Under the pieces are notes generated by a model, which was not told the origin of the DNA, made no database searches, and worked only from the letters and a program-made list of their open reading frames with translations. A program made the position numbers and the translations under genes. A DNA stretch of 64,000 nt from Ylistrum balloti (taxonomy: Eukaryota). Of this stretch, positions 57,067 to 64,000 are shown in pieces. Location: positions 62,001 through 126,000 of the forward strand of contig NW_026782248.1 of assembly GCF_031769215.1 (NCBI RefSeq), given 5' to 3'. Each line of letters opens with the position of its first letter. Position 1 is the first letter of the stretch.

Positions 57067-60000
57067 ATGCATAACGGAATTGTTAGATCTCCGCTGTTTA
57101 CGACAAGTCGACAGCTTCAATCAGTTTTCTTATGTCGCAAGTACGCTACTAGGAGGAAGGACAAACTCCCAGTTCTTCGTGAATTAACAGAAGTGAAAAA
57201 AAAGGCATCTGCTCATGTTACGAACCCAAAGCAGGTGTCGTTTGGAAAACGCGGAGGATCACACGAGATCGCAGCAAAGGTCCAATACCCTATTTATGAG
57301 CGTGAGTTTTATAACTATACTTGTAACAGTTTTACATCATCAAAATGAAATGAAAATGACTTCATGTTACATTCATCGTTTGGGCACCTGCTTGTCTCGG
57401 GGAGGAAGTTAAGGGGAGGGGGGAGTGGGTCAGCGTTATCAGGTCGGATTGCTTATAATACATAGTTACTGGAGCACCGGCAAATCTGGCCATATTATCT
57501 TCACATCAGTTCCGGACCGTTATGTTTTTCGGAATGGCTTTTTGTCGAGTCCAATCATATAAAGTATTGACCTTCGTGACCTTGCACCCAGATAATGTTG
57601 GTTGTTGTAACATGTCACGCTTCCAGAAAGACTAAAAAAAGTGATTTAAACCATACACATGACAAACATCCTCCTAGATATGAAATAACCAATCAGTCCA
57701 TCCTTGGATGTCAGTGTTTTGTTGTCGTCTGCCAATTTAATAAAAATCGACCATGAATAATAGGTCACGCCTTCTGGCATTTTTTTGGCTGCAGAAGTCC
57801 AAAAGTATTGCTTTGTTCTGTAATGACATAAATAGGGTATACATGGTCAGTGTCTTAAAATATAAGCTGTATTTTGTCTGTCCTGAGCCAAAATACAGCT
57901 TACATTCTGAGACACTGACCATGCCATCAAAACTTCAAAAGTTTTGTCCACTCTGTGTTTGTTTACCTGACAATGATGTTACACTGAGTTTTTCCCGATA
58001 ACATATGCTGAAATGATTGCTCCACACAGATATATCATTCTAAATTTCACTGGACATCACACCAATGGAGTGAATTTTCATAAATGAACATGTTCATTAC
58101 AACATATAAAACAAAATTTTTAAGTGAATTTAGAGAGAAATTTTGTCAAATTAACACATATGCTAAAATACATATGTTTTCCATCATTTCTGAATACAGA
58201 AAAAATATGTGGCAGGTGTATTACTACAATGGTAGACCCAGTTGTAGGATAAATATGAATAATATTATTTTTTACCTTCAGGAGTTGCTGAGACTGGAAA
58301 GTATGATGAAAACGTGAAGAAGTATAGACATATTAAAGAGATGGTACCAGAATTCATAGTTCCTGATCTGAAAGACTTTAAGGTATTAGTATTTACTTTT
58401 GGAATCTACCACTATAGGTTTTGTCTGACTAGCTCCAGTGTTCTATCTTGTTTGGTAGGTTAATGGGCCTATGAACAGATAGGGTCTCTTTTAAGTAGGT
58501 TTTCTTGTAGTAGTTGATTGCTACCTGAATTATTAAAATCATTTGACATCCCGAGTAATATTAGGGTTAAATGTCTTGCCCCTGGACACAAACCTATTAG
58601 TGTAGACTTGTGTGTTTGTCAGCATTCTGAGGATCACCAATCACCACAGGTAGGTAATGTCAGATATGTAGGTAATGTCAGAATACACACCTCAGATTTT
58701 TACATGTAGGTCAGTATTCTAGTGTAGCTGGGCTATTGCAGCCCTAGATTCATCCAAAGTGGTTTTAGGCAAGGTCTCCTTTTAAAAGCTGTAGTTGGTG
58801 ACTTCCTCTCTGAATAACATACAGGAGGTCCTTCACATTTGTCCATGAAAAATTTTAACTTTAATACCGTAATTCACTTAATATATAGCTAACATACTTA
58901 TAAAATAAATCTGATTTTGAACAGGATACCATAAAATAAATCTTTCATCTGTGATATTGAAGGCTTTCTTCAGTATTTTTCATCCATAGGTATATACAAC
59001 TCGTGTAATATTTCTTCGATAATCAGTGTTTGACATGTTCCTGTGATAAACTGAAGTAAAATATAAGTCAATCAGTTGGAGTTGAAAAAATTGTGCACAG
59101 GTGAATACTTATTTCCCAACATTAGAATAGTGAAATAGTATTTGAATACATTTGCTACAATTAACTTATGACAAATGACTTCTCAAAAACAAATTAGTTC
59201 AGAGTGCTGTTTTTTGGCCTGTAGCATATAGGGATGAAGGGCTTCAAGGTTTGTCAAAACGAATGATCTTTATCCACTTTCAAGGTCACAGGGGTCAAAT
59301 GTATTGAAATCTTTAAACAAATTCTTCTCAATAACCAAAAGGCCCAGGGTGCTGTCATTGGGGCTGTAGCATGCTGGGATGAGCGTGATTTGTTTATTTT
59401 CTATTGGAAATATTTTGAAAATAGATCAAACTCTGTTAGAATCATTAGTGTAGGATGACATTTCAATGTTATACACTTATTGACCCTGGGCAAAATTTCT
59501 AAAATCTTATCAATAACCGAATATGTTAGTATCAATACTCGCTCTGAATGAAAGGGATTATAAATGGCTTTACCAAAAGTGTAAATTTCATGACCTCGGG
59601 TGCAACTTCAGTAAAACTCTTCTTTTCCTTTGCAAATTACTTTTCCCATTTTCTCTTCTCTATACAACACATATATTCCAATTGTTGCTGTTTTTAAGTT
59701 TGTTCAAGTTTAGACCCCTTGTCGAAATTTAACATGAAAATTCCGACATAAAGTACTCAGATAACTAGTATCAATCAACATTTCCATCAGAATGAAAAAC
59801 ATTGAACAAATATTCAAGTATTAAAATCTGCTTTTCATTTCAACTCTAAAATCAGACTGATTATTTTATTTCATATTCTCAAGAAATGAAAAAGATATTG
59901 ACATTTGTGATTACAGTTGAAGGCGTACGTGCCATGGGGAACAGAAGAGATTAACCAGGCAGAGTTTACACCCAGGGATCTCTTTTTCGCAACATATGCA

Positions 60001-60069
60001 AAGGACTTGGAGAAAGACTTTTCAGAAAACAAAACTGAACTCGAAGATTCAGGAAAAGAAAACATTTGA
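57067..60069 (+). CDS. MRPL41: Mitochondrial ribosomal protein mL41, 162 aa
   Basis: Exons 57067-57301 (GTGAGT donor), 58282-58382, 59917-60069; phase consistent (489 nt). HIKEMVPEFIVPDLKDFKLKAYV matches the mL41 signature. Confidence 0.88.
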
Positions 60070-62029
60070 TGTCAATATACATCACATTACATAAAAAATA
60101 ACTGATGTTTTGTACGTGTGCCAAGTCAGAAAACTCTCAAAAACCTTATTAATTCCTACATGTATCTCCAGAAATCAGCAGGATAGTCGATATGAACTGA
60201 TTTCATTGTCATGTTAAAACAATAATAGTCATGCACCATAACTTAATGATGTTGAATTTTAATCTGCTGTTTGGTATATAGAGACATCTTTTTGATGTTT
60301 GGCATGGAAATTTTGAGATATGATAATACTTCGGCTATACATTGTCTGATATGATATTGTACACAAAACACTTAATGGAAGAAAATTATCACAACTTTTA
60401 GGTCATTGCTTCTAAAATGGTTAAAATGCTGTCTGTCAAACTTTGTGTTCGTACTAACAGGTTTTAACACAGAACAGTGTATCAACTAGATAATGGAATG
60501 GCACATCCAATACTCGGCTACATACAGAATTACCATCTGGCTCATTGATAAGTTTATCTGCGAGTCCTTAGTCCTTTACTCAATGAATTTGTTAAGAGAC
60601 TGAAAGAAATTAGTAAATTTTAAATTATTTGACCCATAGTTTTTAGCTATCAATTTGAAAAGATTTCTTGAAACTCTGCTACATACAGAGTTACTTCCCT
60701 TTGTTTACCATTTGCCATTTTCTTCTGAAACACTTGCAGAAACAACTGTTAGATAATGATCTATTTCATTTTATTTTTTCCCTTATGTTTGAAGAAAGAA
60801 GTTAGTTTCGACAGGTTAGTGTGTGCGGTGTGGGTAAGACTGTTGGAAGTTAGTGTTGACATGTTACTGTGTGGAGAGTGGATTAAGACTGGCGTCAGTA
60901 TGTGGAATGTGGATTTATAACCACATGATCATAATGCATTAAAATTAATCTTGTTGGTGTTTACAAAGTATATCTATGAGTCTTGTAATTACTTATTCAT
61001 CTTAATAAAAAAAGGGACAGTCATGCCTAAGTGTGAACAATGCACGTGTGTGCATTCTGTGCTCCATTTACGGATCACTTGCAATACAGAGTTGGGGCCT
61101 CATTTTTCAGCTGGTGACAGCAAGCCACATGAATGAAAACTACTCACAGATTGTATTTACCCAGTTTTGTCTTTAAGGAAATAGATAATTACTTTCATCT
61201 GTGATTACAACACTGAACACTATTGATTAGGTCAAGTGTGAGGGAAAATGTTTGTATACATAAGAGTAATCAAGGTTGATTGGATAGGCATAACATGTCA
61301 AATGACAAAGAAAACAAACAAAAAATTCACAAATTAGATTCATTTTTCTTTATTTGTACTGAAGCTATAATTAAAGTGAGAAAAACTTTTTTTAAAATTC
61401 AAATGAAAACAGTATTTGAAGAGAATACTTTCAAGTCGTTGGTCTGACGTGTTAGTGAAATATTCTGAGATTGATTTCTGAACTCCTGAATAATGAACAA
61501 ATTATATAAGTAGAAGCATATTTTCACCATTTTTACTCCCAAAAATGCCTGCAAAAATTCTATATTTTCACAAATTACTTGACTATTTAAAATACAATGT
61601 ACTCCGCATTTCTCCTGTCTAGATGGTACAGATTGTAAAGCCTGGACAAGAACAGTTTCTAAAATTTCTTTCTTATTGTTCATCCTCTATTGGCACTGGT
61701 ATTTACACTCCAAACCACCAGGATGCACTACTGTTGTTCTTGGTAAAAAAGAAGACGGAAATATCATTGTTCAATTCTGTTTAATATGTCAATTTCCAGA
61801 GGAAGGGGAACTATTTGAAGTTCATGAGCGTAACTCTGCCTTATGTTTACATTCTGTGTACAGTAGGACCTTTTTTCCTGGAAGCGATGATTTTGCGAAA
61901 ATTACAAAAGCCAGCATTGATAGTCTTTTCTGGAGAAAGATGAAGTCATCGTTGATCGAGGGGTTAGGGGTGTTTTGTCAGATTTGGAATCGTATGGTTA
62001 AATAAAAAATATCTAAAACCAAGGCAGAC

Positions 62030-62700
62030 TCGACATGGCGACCTACAAGCTAATCTTGATAGATCTATAACTAAATACAGATGGATAGTGGAATCATATC
62101 ACGGACGATTCAAGCAATGGCTGTTTTTCAAAACACAACTTGTCTCCAACTATTTCGTTGATGTCATCGAGGCACTCGTAACGGCCTGTAACATAAGAAT
62201 CAGAGGACCAATATATGTTGGAACACAAGAGCAGAGGAGCCACAATGAAGACGCGCCTTAGTGTTCACCAAAACTCGGCTCATCTTGTGAAAAATGAGCC
62301 ACATCTTACCAAGTCACTCTTTGTCACCAAACTAAATGCTACTGCAGATAATTGTGACTTTCCAAAGTTAGACATGACAATATCCTGTGGCACATACCTA
62401 ATGTCATTGACAACTGGCTACATAAGTGAGCACCTCAGTGATGATGGGGACTACGAGATCTGGATCCATAGGCATTCATTGTATGACGTCAGATCCACTC
62501 GAGACATAAGAGCAGAGTAAAGTACAATGTTTGGATCCAGCATGACAGCTCCGTCTCCATTTAAGGATTATTATTGCTAGTGGCATACTGGACAGATAAC
62601 CTTGGGAATATTTGTCCATGTATGCAGTATCCTGCACTTTTAGGATACTTCATGCATTTGGAAACCAGTAAGCCTTTGCATTCAAAAGACAAACGTTTAA
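62030..62700 (+). mobile_element. Decayed ISL2EU/Harbinger-like transposase
   Basis: ANLDRSITKYRWIVESYHGRFKQWLFF, FPKLD...GTYLMSLTTGYISEHLSDDGDYEI, and a degenerate SWIM-like C/H region. Confidence 0.6.
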
Positions 62701-64000
62701 GACAGACTTCAAGTAAGGTTGATTTCGCCACGAATCGTCATCTTCAAGGCATTATATATGGGCGATATAGACTAACAATGACATCGCGATCAGATTCTAG
62801 GACGAAGAACCCATATTGGATTCCAGATTAGGGTGTTTAATGTGTAAACCAACTTAAATCTATCATTGAGCATTCTTGTTAGAATATAGAACAAGTAGTT
62901 GTAAGAACATTTATCAGGGAACATGACGACTATTTGAAAGTTTAAATTTCACTGTAATGGATTATTCGTGAAGGTGACAGTCCTTTTGTATTAATAAAAC
63001 CAAGTGTAAACATTTTATTTCGGTTCACTATACTTCAGAAATAACATATTTATCATGTTATTATCAGGAGGTTCATGATTAGTTTTCATAAAAGAATGAA
63101 GAAATATTGTGGCGTTTTCCCCAAAAGCATACTTTTTTCATTTTTGGCACAAAAGGGCACTATACCCTCCGTATGTAAAAGTTTGGATTCCAATGCCTAT
63201 TTGTAAACGTACGACTATAGAGGCTACCAGTAGCACATACAATCTTGTATTTGCTTCTATGACGATATTGTGTACTTAGATTTATTCACCTTCGACTTGC
63301 CTTCGTGACAAATGACATAGCGAGTTTTGTGACTTTTTGACGAAAAAATCACTAATTTTAATATGCCAAGAGTTATTCCTTTATGTAAAACTGGCTGTCT
63401 TGTTACCTTATTCAGGTTAATTCACAGTCGAATCAATTATTGTCTTGTCATGACCAAGAATCCCCCCACCGACAGGTTCCAGGCAATGGCTAGGTGTGTT
63501 CATTCATTATATATTTAACTTGAAGCCTTACAGCTCATAAACAGCATATAATTTATACATTAATAATGTGAATTTCAAAGTACTCACAGGTATCCCAATT
63601 CTATAATTAAATCCGCTTTCTATGGAATTTTAATTACCAGAACGGATCTACGGAAGGACTGTTTTTACCGTAATTTTTCTTTCTTTAACCAAATGCTAGC
63701 ACCGAATGGTTCACATTCTGAACATGGACCGACCTCTTATCAAACATAGCATGATCTCTATATAACGGGTAAGGATGAGCATCAGGTCATGACCTCTCTA
63801 CTGAATAATCGATCCACTAGGGCAAACACGTTTTGTGTATCCAGTCTTGAACGAGCCATGCACTACCTACACATTGTGTTTTAAAGTATTCTCTGCAATG
63901 GAAACAGGAAACAACAGAAAAAAGAACGCACAAATAACACAGTTGTTTATTTACATTCATGCTCATTTGTCTTTATTTCTGGCTTTTAATTAAGGGGCTC

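Noticed and set aside
57241-57281. Alternative MRPL41 donor AAG|GTCCAA
   Set aside because: The phase is incompatible with exon 2 in the ATG frame; the consensus GTGAGT donor at 57302 fits.
61676-62005. 109-aa plus ORF
   Set aside because: No recognisable family; adjacent to transposon debris and consistent with chance.

Overview
AT-rich eukaryotic (animal) genomic DNA with GT-AG introns. The repeat types and the intronless B-box/NHL gene suggest a bivalve mollusc such as an oyster (inference). By manual splicing I reconstruct six protein-coding genes: (1) a minus-strand group II PLP decarboxylase resembling bacterial/fungal TyrDC rather than animal DDC/GAD (7 exons seen, 3' end unresolved); (2) PTPMT1 (minus), head-to-head with (3) ETFB (plus); (4) a PKNOX/PREP TALE homeobox gene (plus); (5) an intronless B-box/coiled-coil/NHL TRIM-like gene (minus) followed by a decayed copy of its propeller; (6) MRPL41 (plus). 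Between them lie remnants of Penelope-like, Gypsy, RNase H-containing LINE, mariner and ISL2EU/Harbinger-like elements, SINEs, a MITE and several tandem arrays. The most interesting observations are the intron-containing bacterial-type decarboxylase, tandem arrays built from the ETFB stop-codon region, duplicated splice acceptors that could give a homeodomain-less PKNOX, a fresh poly(A)/TSD retro-insertion, a ~1 kb inverted duplication carrying a Penelope tail, and a decayed hammerhead ribozyme motif. No prokaryotic systems, CRISPR arrays, rRNA or intact tRNA were seen.
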